Notes: generated by a model not told the origin, from the letters alone. A stretch of DNA of 64,000 nt from Anthoceros angustus (GCA_010909165.1 VJWM01000239.1:62001-126000), one strand, 5' to 3'; numbered from the stretch's first letter, positions 24,301 through 36,119 are shown. Made by a program: numbers and translations.

Positions 24301-26156
24301 AAAGAGGATCCAAACCGATGCTGCTGAGGGAAGTGTGCACAAGCGGAAATAACATATCCATGTGGAGCTGTGTGAGTGTGGCGTCTTGGCGCGCGAGAGG
24401 GAGCGGTTGAAAGGGGATCTGTGGAAACCCAACCCCCTAAGTCCCAGTGTGTATGTACGAGTGTAGAGTGCAAAATAAAGTCCGACTGGTGCAGGTGATA
24501 GCCCCGTGGCAGGAAACCCTAACGCCGCGCGTCAGAACTAAGTCGCTAGGATTAGAAGTGGGACCCACTTCGGTAGACGTAGCAACTACCCGATAGGAGA
24601 GAGAGTCGCTGCGATGGTAGCTCGGAGGCGAAGGTGGTAGAATAAGAACCGCGGTTGTAGAATAAGACGTGTGGTCATAGAACAAGATCGGTGGTAGCTA
24701 GACAAGTCGGGAGTAGTGGATGAGCGATAGACAAGAAGAGCGACGGTAAGTAAGTCATGATTTAGGCAAAGGTCAAAAGTGATAGGAGATAGCGTCTCTT
24801 GGCACAAACCATTCCGTTGGGAGCAAATCCTAGGCCTACAACGACATTGAGGATGAATGTGGACCTCATGGTGTCTCTAGACACGGGTTGCCACTCCAGA
24901 GAAGAAGAAGAAGAATTTTATTTAAGTCCACTAAGGACGGATTTCCGTCATGGGACTTGGTACTTAACAACTTGTACCATGGTGTGCCTAAGCTACTTGC
25001 ACCAAGGGCATCCACTCCCTTTAGGCACCCCATCTAAGTACCGATCTAAGCTCAAGATGCTTAATCACGGCGTTCTTATAAATGTGTGTCCATGTGGCCT
25101 AAGCCATTTGGACATATAGAGATGCATATGGTGTGGTGGATAAGGTCAGGCACTATATGTTAGTAGTCTCGGATTCGAAACTAATGTCGTGCAGACATCG
25201 AGGCATGTACTAATAGATTATTTTTCCTAATCACATAGGGCTTCGTATAGAGATACATATAGTGTGGAAACTGATGTCGCGCAGATGTCGAGGCATTTAC
25301 TAATAGATTATTTTTCCTAATCAAATAGGGCTTCGTATAGAGATACATATAGTGTGGTGGATAAGGTCTGTATGGTGGTGATCACGGGCTCGAATATGAG
25401 AGACGTGTAAGTATAGAATACTATTTCCAATCAAATACGTTATTTTGTAAAGATGGTATTAGTCTGGAGGATAAGATCATGCACTGCAAATAGGCGTCTG
25501 AAAGTTTGAGTTCTTTGCCATATAGTGCCCTTATGGCTCTGGTATTAGCCCGGTGGATAAGATCATGCACTGCAAATAGGTGTATGAGAGTTCGAGTTCT
25601 TTGCCGCATAGTACCCTTATGGCCCGAAACCCTTGTATGGTACTTGGGTATCAATGTATGCTACTTGGGTATCTCCAATAGTACAGTATTACCTTTAATT
25701 TTATGAATTACTGTACAGAGATGAAACTAGTGTTGATCGGATACGCGATTGTGGGTTTGAATCAGTGTTGTGGTTAGTGTTATGTCCTATGTACACGTGA
25801 TTATGGGTTCGAATAAGTGTTGTGGTTAGTGTTATATCCTATGTACACGCGATTGTGGGTTCGAATCTGCTGGACACCGTGGCCTCTAGTAGTACACTAT
25901 TATCCCTAATTACTAGTCTAGTAGTACACCATTATCCCTAATTACTAGAATGAAACTAGTGTAATGAAATTAGTGTTGTGGCTAGTGATATAACCTGCAT
26001 GCATAAAGATGAAATTAATGTTGTGGTTAGTGTTTATGCCACTCAACCCTACAGACGCCTCCACACTCAACTCGTCATGGCCTCCATTAAGTACTAAATG
26101 CTACTCAACCAATGTTTTTGATTTTTTTTAATTTATTTTTGTGCTCCCAGCATTAG

Positions 26157-27656
26157 TTGATTCATCACTTGATGGACCCTATGCACATTGGGAAGAATGT
26201 AAGCGAAAAAATTTTGAAACGTATGACTGCCATTTGCGAAACCCTTGGTAGCCGTCGAGATCTAGAAGTTACTAATACAAAAAATCCTTGTTGGTGGCCT
26301 CAAGAAGACTCAGATGGCACAATGTGGTACGAATCTCCTGCACCTTGGGTTTTAGGGTACAACACAAATAAAAGTTTCAACAAGCAGAGGCAGAGTTGAG
26401 AGACCGTATTGCAACCTTACGACCCCCTACAGGTTATGGATCAAACCTGAAGCGGTGCTCCTCTAAAGACTATGGGGATAGTATATCGGGGTTAAAGTCA
26501 CATGATCATCATCTACGTTTAAGTGATTTATGGCCATTAGTATTAAAAGGTTCAATATCTAAAAGTGTTCATGAGGCTGTTTGTGGTCTTGGGACTTTAT
26601 TTAGGTGGATATGTTCTAAAGAAATCAAGATATCAGAGATCCAAGAAATGAAGGTGTTTAGAGCTGAAGTAATGTGTGTCCTAGAGCGAGAGTTCCCCAC
26701 TTCATTTTTTTCAAGCTAGGTCCATGCTGTGATACAGCTAATTCACGAGATAGAATTATGTGGGCCTACCAGATATCGATGGATGTATTTTCTTGAAAGG
26801 CATATGAAAGTTTTGAAAGGGTTTGTATGACAAAGGGCTAAAGCGAAACGTAGCATGGCAAGTGGATATCTCGCACAAGAATCTATGCATTATTGTGCAT
26901 AATACATAGGCCAACAATGTGATGATGGGCTACGCTGTATGTGGACTGCAGTAGGTATTGAAGAACAATGTGGACAAGTGTTACAGGGAAAAGGTGAGCA
27001 ATATAACCTGTCAGAGGTAGAACGCAAACAAATTACGACATCAATGCTAGAAAACTCTGTTTTCACGGAAAAGTGGAGACTAGTATATGATGGAGTTCAT
27101 ACGAAGATGTCTTTTGTGGATTGGCTACAAAATGAAGTAAAGGGGGCCATTTCATCAGACACTGTTTTGAATGAATATGGGCTGGATGTATATGGACTAG
27201 TGAATGGCCCCATAGCTGTAGCAAAATCATATTCAATGATGTGGGCGTATGGGAATCACATAAGGACGGAAAATTGTGATGTAGGGAAACTTACAACTGA
27301 TTGTATAATACAACAAAATTTCCTTAGTGGTCAGACATGCACAGATATTGAAGATTAGATGCCATATGTTGGAATAGTGCAGAAAATTTTGAAGGTTGAG
27401 TTTGGGTTGTCCCTTCTTCAATCCCTTGTTGTGATCCTTTACATCCTCATAAACTGGTTTGAACCACTTAACCTTTAAAAATGGAATGCACGTAGTGAAC
27501 CCTAGATCTTTTTATCCTTCTACCACAGTTCAAGATGATCCCTTTACCCTTGTGTCACCCAAACTAATTCAAACTTTTATGTATGACAATAAAGTGGTTG
27601 TCGGGACTAGTGCACGTGGAAAACGCGTTGTCTTTGAAGAAAATATAGATGCATAG
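26157..27656 (+). pseudogene. CACTA transposase (TnpD) C-terminal remnant, DUF4218-like region
   Basis: DPMHIGKNV...PTGYGSNL...GLKSHDHH...LEREFPTSFF...ELCGPTRYRWMYFLERHMKVLKGFV...SMASGY are En/Spm transposase motifs, broken by stops and frameshifts. N-terminal part not seen. Confidence 0.85.
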
Positions 27657-28750
27657 GGATATGGCTCCACCTGGCTCCATGGATGTATAAAAGGAGGGCC
27701 ATGTTACCCTTAAATTCTACTTGAGTTTCTTAGCTTATGAAAGGATTTGGAAAGTTTGTTTCCCATTGACTTACCATGTAGCTTACAATTGAAATTGTGT
27801 GAAATTAAAAAATTGTTTTGCTCATACCTGTTGTAAAAACAAAAGGTACATTTACAACAATTACATTTTACAACGCCAGTTACAACGAAAAATCTTAGGG
27901 TAATTTAACATAACGTCAACAACCAACGAGGGAAATGGTCATGGCCCTTTACAACAAAATCCCTTTACAACATGAGTTACAATAGTAATCAAAGATAATT
28001 ATAAAATAGATAATATGTGTTATAAATTTGGATTTATGTATTGTAAAAGCATTGTTGTAAAATTGAAGTTATCATTGTAAAAGAGACTCGGTTGTAAAAA
28101 ACGTATTGGTTGTTGCAAAAGTTTTGTTGTAAAACACCCGCCATTGTTGGAAAAGTCACACTGTTGTAAATTGCGTATTCCATGTTGTAAAAGTCATGTT
28201 GTTAATTGCATCATAACGTTGTAAAAAGACACAGCATTATAAATAGAGTAGACGGTGGTGCAAACCCCATGTTGTAAAACACTGGCCATCATTGTAAACC
28301 AACACCATGTTGTAAATATAGGAGACGCCATTGTAAAACGCCAATGTCCAAAACTAAAGTTTGTTGTAATTTTTCAAACCTCCATTGTAAAAAGCCCTAA
28401 AGAATGCCACCTCGACAAAATACATAGTACAAAAATACCATCAGTTGTAAAAAGTCAAACACATCTTGTAAAATGTTAAGTTCTATATGAAAATCATACA
28501 TGGCTTGAAAACCCCGTTGTAAAACAAACGGACGGCCTAAAAATCCCTCTCTCTAATATTGAAGGGGTAGTAAAGTGATGGTTTTCCTAATAGTGTGGAC
28601 AGGCGCGTGTACACTAACATTTAATTAGGATTAAAAGAAAGGATGTCATGGAACAACACTACAAGCTAGTCGCAGTCAGTGTTTAACTAGTGTGCCGTTA
28701 CTTAGTTTTCACCCTAGACAATTGCTCCCATAGGGTAACTCATGGTGCAA

Positions 28751-29260
28751 AGTCAAGGAACTGCAAGCTGAACAAGGAGCTGGCGTTGCGCCTTCTGGGC
28801 AAGCTAGTCGGCAAGGATCCGGACAGGTTGGCTATTGTGGCCACGGGCCAGGCATGAATTCCGACCCTCGTTTGGCACATGGGCATAGAAATCTGTGCTT
28901 CCACTTTGTGGGCTCTATGTCGGCTGGAAAGCACTAACACTGCAACGTTACCACATACGATGTAGAAGTAGCAAGACGGGATTTAATTCAAGCTGGTGTC
29001 ATCAACCAACTTGTGTTTGTTGTGCACAGTGGTTGCACAACGAAAACTCACCAGTGTGCTGCCCAATTGCTTAGAATCTAGACTTGCACGAAGCACAATT
29101 CGGGGAGTCCCTCTTGAGCGAAGCCTTTCAACTTCACTAGCATTTTTATTTCCCCGGGATAGTATTTGTAATCGTTAGCAAGTTCATTGATTAACCAAAC
29201 TCGGACTAGTTTAACGTAATCCCAGCCTTCATCAGCAACACGCATAGTGTTCTTGGCACA
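28751..29260 (+). pseudogene. U-box gene 3'-end fragment, unit B of the tandem array
   Basis: Homologous to ~14620-15130 (ggaactgca..gctgaacaaggagctggc...ggggagtccc) and diverged. Further copies at ~30865-31050, ~31185-31660 and ~33575-34030. Confidence 0.85.
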
Positions 29261-29347
29261 CAAAGCTATATATGGTACAGGTGTATAGGGAGAACCCGTT
29301 CCGTATAGAATGCATATTCTTTTATTTTAAGTCTTTTACGAGGTTCG

Positions 29348-29508
29348 AAGACCAAGGTCTTAAGCCCCTTTTAATCAATGTGTTTACGATATTCAAAGAC
29401 CAAGGTCTTAAGCCCCTTTTAATCAATGTTTTTACGATATTCAAAGATCAAGGTCTTAAGCCCCTTTTAATCAATGTTTTTACAATATTCAAAGATCAAG
29501 GTCTTAAG
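29348..29508. repeat. 48-bp minisatellite, 4 copies (unit B)
   Basis: Unit aagaccaaggtcttaagccccttttaatcaatgtttttacgatattca starting at 29348, 29396, 29444 and 29492 (last partial). Confidence 0.95.
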
Positions 29509-29555
29509 CTCTGTGTTGAAGGCTATATATGTTCTTTGTGTTGTATATACAGCAT

Positions 29556-30312
29556 ATGATATTTTTGAAGATGGTTCAATCAAGTGCCAAGAGAAAACTA
29601 TCTCCTTCTGATTTTGATTCAAAGAAAGATTTGCCTATATCGGTGCATAAAAAAAAAGTAAAGATCACGCACGAACCGAATATTAGTTCGGCAAAGTCCA
29701 AGGTTATTTCAAAGAGATGCACATCCGCAAGGATCCCATGTGAACGGAGTGCGGCAAATACTAGTTTAGCGAAGTCGAAGATTGTTTCAAAGAGTTTCAC
29801 ACTTGCAAAGATCCCACATGAACGGAGTGCAGCGAAATCGAAGGTTGTTTCAGAGAGTTTCACATCACCCATTGATAGGAAAATATTGCCACCAAATGAA
29901 TACAAGATCATTCATGTTGAAGGGGATGGAAAATGTTTGTTCGAGTGTCATTGGATCATACTTTACGGAAGTTAGATAACGCTAGTCAAGGTCGCGTGGC
30001 GGATGTTTTACATAAAGGGCTATGACCGAATTAGAAAGCCGTCGAGACACCTACAAAGATTTAGTAGAGGGCGACATAGACAACTATATTAAGAGGATGA
30101 GTATGGTCACGGAGTGGGGTGGCGAATTAGAGCTTTTGATGTTAGCGCAAGTCTTAAAAACATCAATCTGAGTTTATGTCAAATGTCAAGAAGGGGTCAT
30201 GTTTCTTGTAAAATATGAACCCATTGAATTTGAAAAGAAAAAATCACGTACCGTCAATGTATGGTACAACGGCAACTCCCATTATAATGTTATACAATTA
30301 TCACCTCATTAG
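29556..30312 (+). pseudogene. OTU deubiquitinase copy 2 (frameshifts and an internal TGA as assembled)
   Basis: Colinear with copy 1. GDGKCLF then a frameshift; atctgagtt stop where the other copies have atctcagtt. Confidence 0.75.
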
Positions 30313-31768
30313 CTCTTTATACATTGGATAAGTACTTTATTAAGAAATATATTTGAAACTATGGTTATAAATGTTATTGCAGTAGAGTTCTATTCAATCT
30401 TTATTTATAGTTTATTTCAAAAACTTTCTAACATCAAGATTTATCTCTTGACGGTGGCCCTGCTTTTTAGTTACCAGGCTTGCATGCATAGTCCCTACCT
30501 GCATGCAGTCTTTGATTGTTGCATACTGAACCATTTGAGCAACAGCACTTGAGACGATTAATCGTCTGCAGTTATCGCTGCTTCTTAGTCTAGGTGAAGA
30601 GGGGTGGAGGGCGTATTTTAATTGTGTTGTCCATCTCACCTGTGTCCAATCTCAGAGCACCTTCTTATGGCCCACCTTTGCTTGACGGAACCGTGCAGGT
30701 CACATCTACTGGACAGGCGCGTGTACACCAACATTTAATTAGGATTAAAAGAAAGGATGTCATGGAACAACACTACAAGCTAGTCGCAGTTAGTGTTTAA
30801 CTAGTGTGTCGTTACATAATTTTCACCCTAGATGATTGCTCCCATAGGGTAACTCTTGGTGCAAAGTCAAGGAACTGCAAGCTGAACAAGGAGCTGGCGT
30901 TGCGCCTTCTGGACAAGCTGGTCGGCAAGGATCCAGATAGGTTGGCTATTGTGGCCACGTGCAAGGCATGAATTCCGACCCTTGTTTGGCACATGGGCAT
31001 AGAAATCTGTGCTTCCACTTTGCGGGCTCTATGTCGGCTGGAAAGCACTAACATTTAATTAGGATTAAAAGAAAGGATGTCATGGAACAACACTACAAGC
31101 TAGTCGCATGTTGTTTAACTAGTGTCTTACTTAGTTTTCACCCTAGACAATTGCTCCCATAGGGTAACTCATGGTGCAAAGTCAAGGCGCAAGTGAACAA
31201 GGAGCTGGCGTTGCGCCTTGGACAAGCTGGTCGGCAAGGATCCGGATAGGTTGGCTATTGTGGCCGGGCGGGCATGAATTCACCCTTGTTTGGCACATGG
31301 GCATAGAAATCATGCTTCCACTTTGCGGGCTCTATGTCGGCTGGAAAGCACTAACACTGCAACGTTACCACATACGATGTAGAAGTAGCAAGACGGGATT
31401 TAATTCAAGCTGATGTCATCAACCAACTTGTGTTTGTTATGCACAGTGGTTGCACAACGAAAACTCGCCAGTGTGCTACCCAATTGCTTAGAATCTAGAC
31501 TTGCACGAAGCACAATTCGGGGAGTCCCTCTTGAGCGAAGCCTTTCAACCTCACTAGCATTTTTATTTCCCCGGGATAGTATTTGTAATCGTTAGCAAGT
31601 TCATTGATTAACCAAACCCGGACTAGTTTAACATAATCCCAGCCTTCATCAGCAACTCGCAGTGTGTTCTTGGCACACAAAGCTATATATGGTATAGGTG
31701 TATAGGGAGAGGCAACCCGTTCCGTATAGAATGCATATTCTTTTATTTTAAGTCTTTTACGAGGTTCG

Positions 31769-32071
31769 AAGACCAAGGTCTGAAGTCCCTTTTAATCAAT
31801 GTGTTTACGATATTCAAAGACCAAGGTCTTAAGCCCCTTTTAATCAATGTTTTACAATATTCAAGACCAAGGTCTTAAGCCCCTTTTAATCAATGTTTTT
31901 ACGAGGTTCGAAGACCAAGGTCTTAAGCCCCTTTCAATCAATGTTTTCACGATATTCAAAGACCAAGGTCTTAAGCCCCTTTTAATCAATGTTTTTACGA
32001 TATTCCAAGACCAAGGTCTTAAGCCCCTTTTAATCAATGTTTTTACAATATTCAAAGATCAAGGTCTTAAG
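31769..32071. repeat. 48-bp minisatellite, 7 copies (unit C)
   Basis: Starts at about 31769, 31817, 31863, 31911, 31959, 32007 and 32055. Confidence 0.95.
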
Positions 32072-32118
32072 CTCTGTGTTGAAGGCTATATATGTTCTTT
32101 GTGTTGTATATACAGCAT

Positions 32119-33003
32119 ATGATATTTTTGAAGATGGTTCAATCAAGTGCCAAGAGAAAACTATCTCTTTCTGATTTTGATTCAAAGAAAGATTTGCCTA
32201 TATCGGTGCATAGAAAAAGAGTAAAGATCACACACGAACCGAATATTAGTTCGGCAAAGTCCAAGGTTGTTTCAAAGAGATGCACATCCGCAAGGATCTC
32301 ATGTGAACGGAGTGTGGCGAATACTAGTTCAAATAAGTCGAAGGTTGTTTCAAAGAGTTTCACACTTGCAAAGATCCCATATGAACACGGTGCACGAAAT
32401 CGAAGGTTATTTCAAAGAGATGCACATCCGCAAGGATCCCATGTGAACGGACGGCAAATACTAGTTTAGCGAAGTCGAAGATTGTTTCAAAGAGTTTCAC
32501 ACTTGCAAAGATCCCACATGAGCGGGTGAAATCGAAGGTTGTTTGAGAGTTTCACATCACCCATTGATAGGAAAATATTGCCACCAAATGAATACAAGAT
32601 CATTCATGTTGAAGGGGATGGAAAATGTTTGTTCGAGGCTGTCGGATCATACTTTACGGAAGTTAGATAACGCTAGTCAAGGTCGCGTGGCGGATGTTTT
32701 TACGAAAAGGGCTATGACCGAATTAGAAAGCCGTCGAGACACCTACAAAGATTTAGTAGAGGCGACATAGACAACTATATTAAGAGGATGAGTATGGTCA
32801 CGGAGTGGGGTGGCGAATTAGAGCTTTTGATGTTAGCGCAAGTCTTAAAAACATCAATCTCAGTTTATTTCAAATGTCAAGAAGGGGTCATGTTTCTTGC
32901 AAAATATGAACCCATTGAATTTGAAAAGAAAAAATCACGTACCGTCAGTGTATGGTACAACGGCAACTCCCATTATAATGTTATACAATTATCACCTCAT
33001 TAG
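32119..33003 (+). pseudogene. OTU deubiquitinase copy 3 (frameshifted as assembled, extra N-terminal repeat block)
   Basis: Colinear with copy 1; EWGGELEL and NSHY retained; several small deletions. Confidence 0.75.
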
Positions 33004-34141
33004 CTCTTTATACATTGGATAAGTACTTTATTAAGAAATATATTTGAAACTATGGTTATAAATGTTATTGCAGTAGAGTTCTATTCAATCTTTATTTATA
33101 GTTTATTTCAAAAACTTTCTAACATCAAGATTTATCTCTTGGTGGCCACCTTTTTAGTTACCGGCTTGCATGCATAGTCCCTACACCGCATGCGTCTTTG
33201 ATTGTTGCATCTTGAACCATTTGAGCAACAAAGACTTGAGACAATCATCTTTAGGTGGAGAGGCGGAGGACGTATTTTAATTGTGTTATCCGGCTCATCT
33301 CTAGGTGGAGAGGGGTGGAGGCGTATTTTAATTGTGTTGTCCATCTCACCTATGTCCAATCTCAGAGCACCTTCTTATGGCCCACCTTTGCTTAGCCAGA
33401 GTGCGGTCACATCTCGGGCAGGCGTGTACACCAACATTTAATTAGGATTAAAAGAAAGGATGTCATGGAACAACACTACAAGCTAGTCGCAGTTAGTGTT
33501 TAACTAGTGTTAATAGATTACATAATTTTCACCCTAGATGATTGCTCCCATAGGGTAACTCTTGGTGCAAAGTCAAGGCAGTGAACAAGGAGGCTGGCGT
33601 TGCGCCTTGGACAAGCTGGTCGGCAAGGATCCGGATAGGTTGGCTATTGTGGCCGTGCAAGGCATGAATTCACCCTTGTTTGGCACATGGGCATAGAAAT
33701 CTGTGCTTCCACTTTGCGGGCTCTATGTCGGCTGGAAAGCACTAACACTGCAACGTTACCACATACGATGTAGAAGTAGCAAGACGGGATTTAATTCAAG
33801 CTGATGTCATCAACCAACTTGTGTTTGTTATGCAGTGGTTGCACAGCTTCGATGTGCTACCCAATTGCTTAGAATCTAGACTTGCACGAAGCACAATTGA
33901 GTCCCTCTTGAGCGAAGCCTTTCAACCTCACTAGCATTTTTATTTCCCGGGATAGTATTTGTAATCGTTAGCAAGTTCATTGATTAACCAAACCCGGACT
34001 AGTTTAACATAATCCCACTTCATCGACCTTCATGATGTGTTCTTGGCACACAAAGCTATATATGGTATAGGTGTATAGGGAGAGGCAACCCGTTCCGTAT
34101 AGAATGCATATTCTTTTATTTTAAGTCTTTTACGAGGTTCG

Positions 34142-34448
34142 AAGACCAAGGTCTGAAGTCCCTTTTAATCAATGTGTTTACGATATTCAAAGACCAAGGT
34201 CTTAAGCCCCTTTTAATCAATGTTTTTACAATATTCAAAGACCAAGGTCTTAAGCCCCTTTTAATCAATGTTTTTACGAGGTTCGAAGACCAAGGTCTTA
34301 AGCCCCTTTCAATCAATGTTTTCACGATATTCAAAGACCAAGGTCTTAAGCCCCTTTTAATCAATGTTTTTACGATATTCCAAGACCAAGGTCTTAAGCC
34401 CCTTTTAATCAATGTTTTTACAATATTCAAAGATCAAGGTCTTAAGCT
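34142..34448. repeat. 48-bp minisatellite, 7 copies (unit D)
   Basis: Starts at about 34142, 34190, 34238, 34286, 34334, 34382 and 34430; same diagnostic variants as unit C. Confidence 0.95.
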
Positions 34449-34492
34449 CTGTGTTGAAGGCTATATATGTTCTTTGTGTTGTATATACAGAT

Positions 34493-35311
34493 ATGATATT
34501 TTTGAAGATGGTTCAATCAAGTGCCAAGAGAAAACTATCTCTTTCTGATTTTGATTCAAAGAAAGATTTGCCTATATCGGTGCATAGAAAAAGAGTAAAG
34601 ATCACACACGAACCGAATATTAGTTCGGCAAAGTCCAAGGTTGTTTCAAAGAGATGCACATCCGCAAGGATCTCATGTGAACGGAGTGTGGCGAATACTA
34701 GTTCAGCGAAGTCGAAGGTTGTTTCAAAGAGTTTCACACTTGCAAAGATCCCATATGAACACAGTGCACCGAAATCGAAGGTTATTTCGAAGAGTTTCAC
34801 ACTTGCAAAGATCCCACATGAACGGAGTGCAGCGAAATCGAAGGTTGTTTCAGAGAGTTTCACATCACCCATTGATAGGAAAATATTGCCACCAAATGAA
34901 TACAAGATCATTCATGTTGAAGGGATGGAAAATGTTTGTTCGAGGCCATTTGGATCATACTTTTACGGGAAGTTAGATAACGCTAGTCAAGGTCGCGTGG
35001 CGGATGTTTTACGCAAAAGGGCTATGACCGAATTAGAAAGCCGTCGAGACACCTACAAAGATTTAGTAGAGGCGACATAGACAACTATATTAAGAGGATG
35101 AGTATGGTCACGAATTGGTGGCGAATTAGAGCTTTTGATGTTAGCGCAAGTCTTAAAAACATCAATCTCAGTTTATTTCAAATGTCAAGAAGGGGTCATG
35201 TTTCTTGCAAAATATGAACCCATTGAATTTGAAAAGAAAAAATCACGTACCGTCAGTGTATGGTACAACGGCAACTCCCATTATAATGTTATACAATTAT
35301 CACCTCATTAG
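34493..35311 (+). pseudogene. OTU deubiquitinase copy 4 (frameshifted as assembled)
   Basis: Colinear with copy 1; one G missing in gaagggatgg and further small deletions; NSHY end retained. Confidence 0.75.
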
Positions 35312-35476
35312 CTCTTTATACATTGGATAGGTATTTTATTAAGAAATATATTTGAAACTATGGTTATAAATGTTATTGTAGTTGAGTTCTATTCAATCTT
35401 AATTTATAGTTTATTTCAAAAACTTTCTAACATCAAGATTTATCTCTTGACGGTGGCCCTGCTTTTTAGTTACCAG

Positions 35477-35712
35477 GCTTGCATGCATAGTCCCTACCTG
35501 CATGGCTTGCATGCATAGTCCCTACCTGCATGGCTTGCATGCATAGTCCCTACCTGCATGGCTTGCATGCATAGTCCCTACAAGCCATGCATAGTCTCTA
35601 CCTGCATGGCTTGCATGCATAGTCCCTACAAGCCATGCATAGTCCCTACCTGCATGGCTTGCATGCATAGTCCCTACCTGCATGGCTTGCATGCATAGTC
35701 CCTACCTGCATG
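35477..35712. repeat. 28-bp tandem repeat (gcttgcatgcatagtccctacctgcatg), about 8 copies
   Basis: Single copy in units A-C (e.g. ~30478), expanded only here. Confidence 0.9.
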
Positions 35713-35769
35713 CATGCAATCTTTGATTGTTGCATACTGAACCATTTGAGCAACAGCACTTGAGACAAT

Positions 35770-35925
35770 CATCTTTAGGTGGAGAGGGGCGGAGGACGTA
35801 TTTTAATTGTGTTATCCGGCTCATCTCTAGGTGGAGAGGGGGTGGAGGACGTATTTTAATTGTGTCATCCGGCTCATCTCTAGGTGGAGAGGGGTGGAGG
35901 ACGTATTTTAATTGTGTCATCCGTC
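35770..35925. repeat. ~59-bp tandem repeat (tctaggtggagaggggtggaggacgtattttaattgtgtcatccggctcatc), 3 copies
   Basis: One copy in units A and B, two in unit C (~33250-33345), three here. Confidence 0.85.
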
Positions 35926-36119
35926 TCACAGTGTCCAATCTGATAATACCTTCCAATCTGATAATACCTTCTTCCGGCCCACATTTGCTCCTCGACGTCC
36001 CTACTTGCAGTCTTTGATTATTGCATATCCCTAGAGTTGCAAAGATAAAGCAAGCCTAGTCCTTACTTATAGTCTTGATTATTGCATATCCCCAGAGTTG
36101 CGAAGATAAATACGCTCTG

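Larger units (their letters stand above)
17299..28595. mobile_element. CACTA (En/Spm) DNA transposon, full-length by its ends, internally decayed
   Basis: Left TIR CACTACTAGGAAAA (17299) and right TIR TTTTCCTAATAGTG (ends 28595), 13/14 match. 3-bp TSD TGG at 17296-17298 and 28596-28598. Dense TTGTAAA/TTTACAA subterminal repeats at both ends. Empty site with a single TGG at 30710-30712 in the paralogous unit. Confidence 0.95.

Noticed and set aside
29348-34448. 48-bp palindromic arrays as a CRISPR array
   Set aside because: Units are contiguous with no unique spacers, there are no cas genes, and the context is eukaryotic
28600-36000. OTU units as canonical Helitrons
   Set aside because: No Rep/helicase ORF. 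CTAG sites exist (e.g. taactagt) but I found no convincing GC-rich subterminal hairpin or 5' TC boundary. Kept only as a hypothesis.
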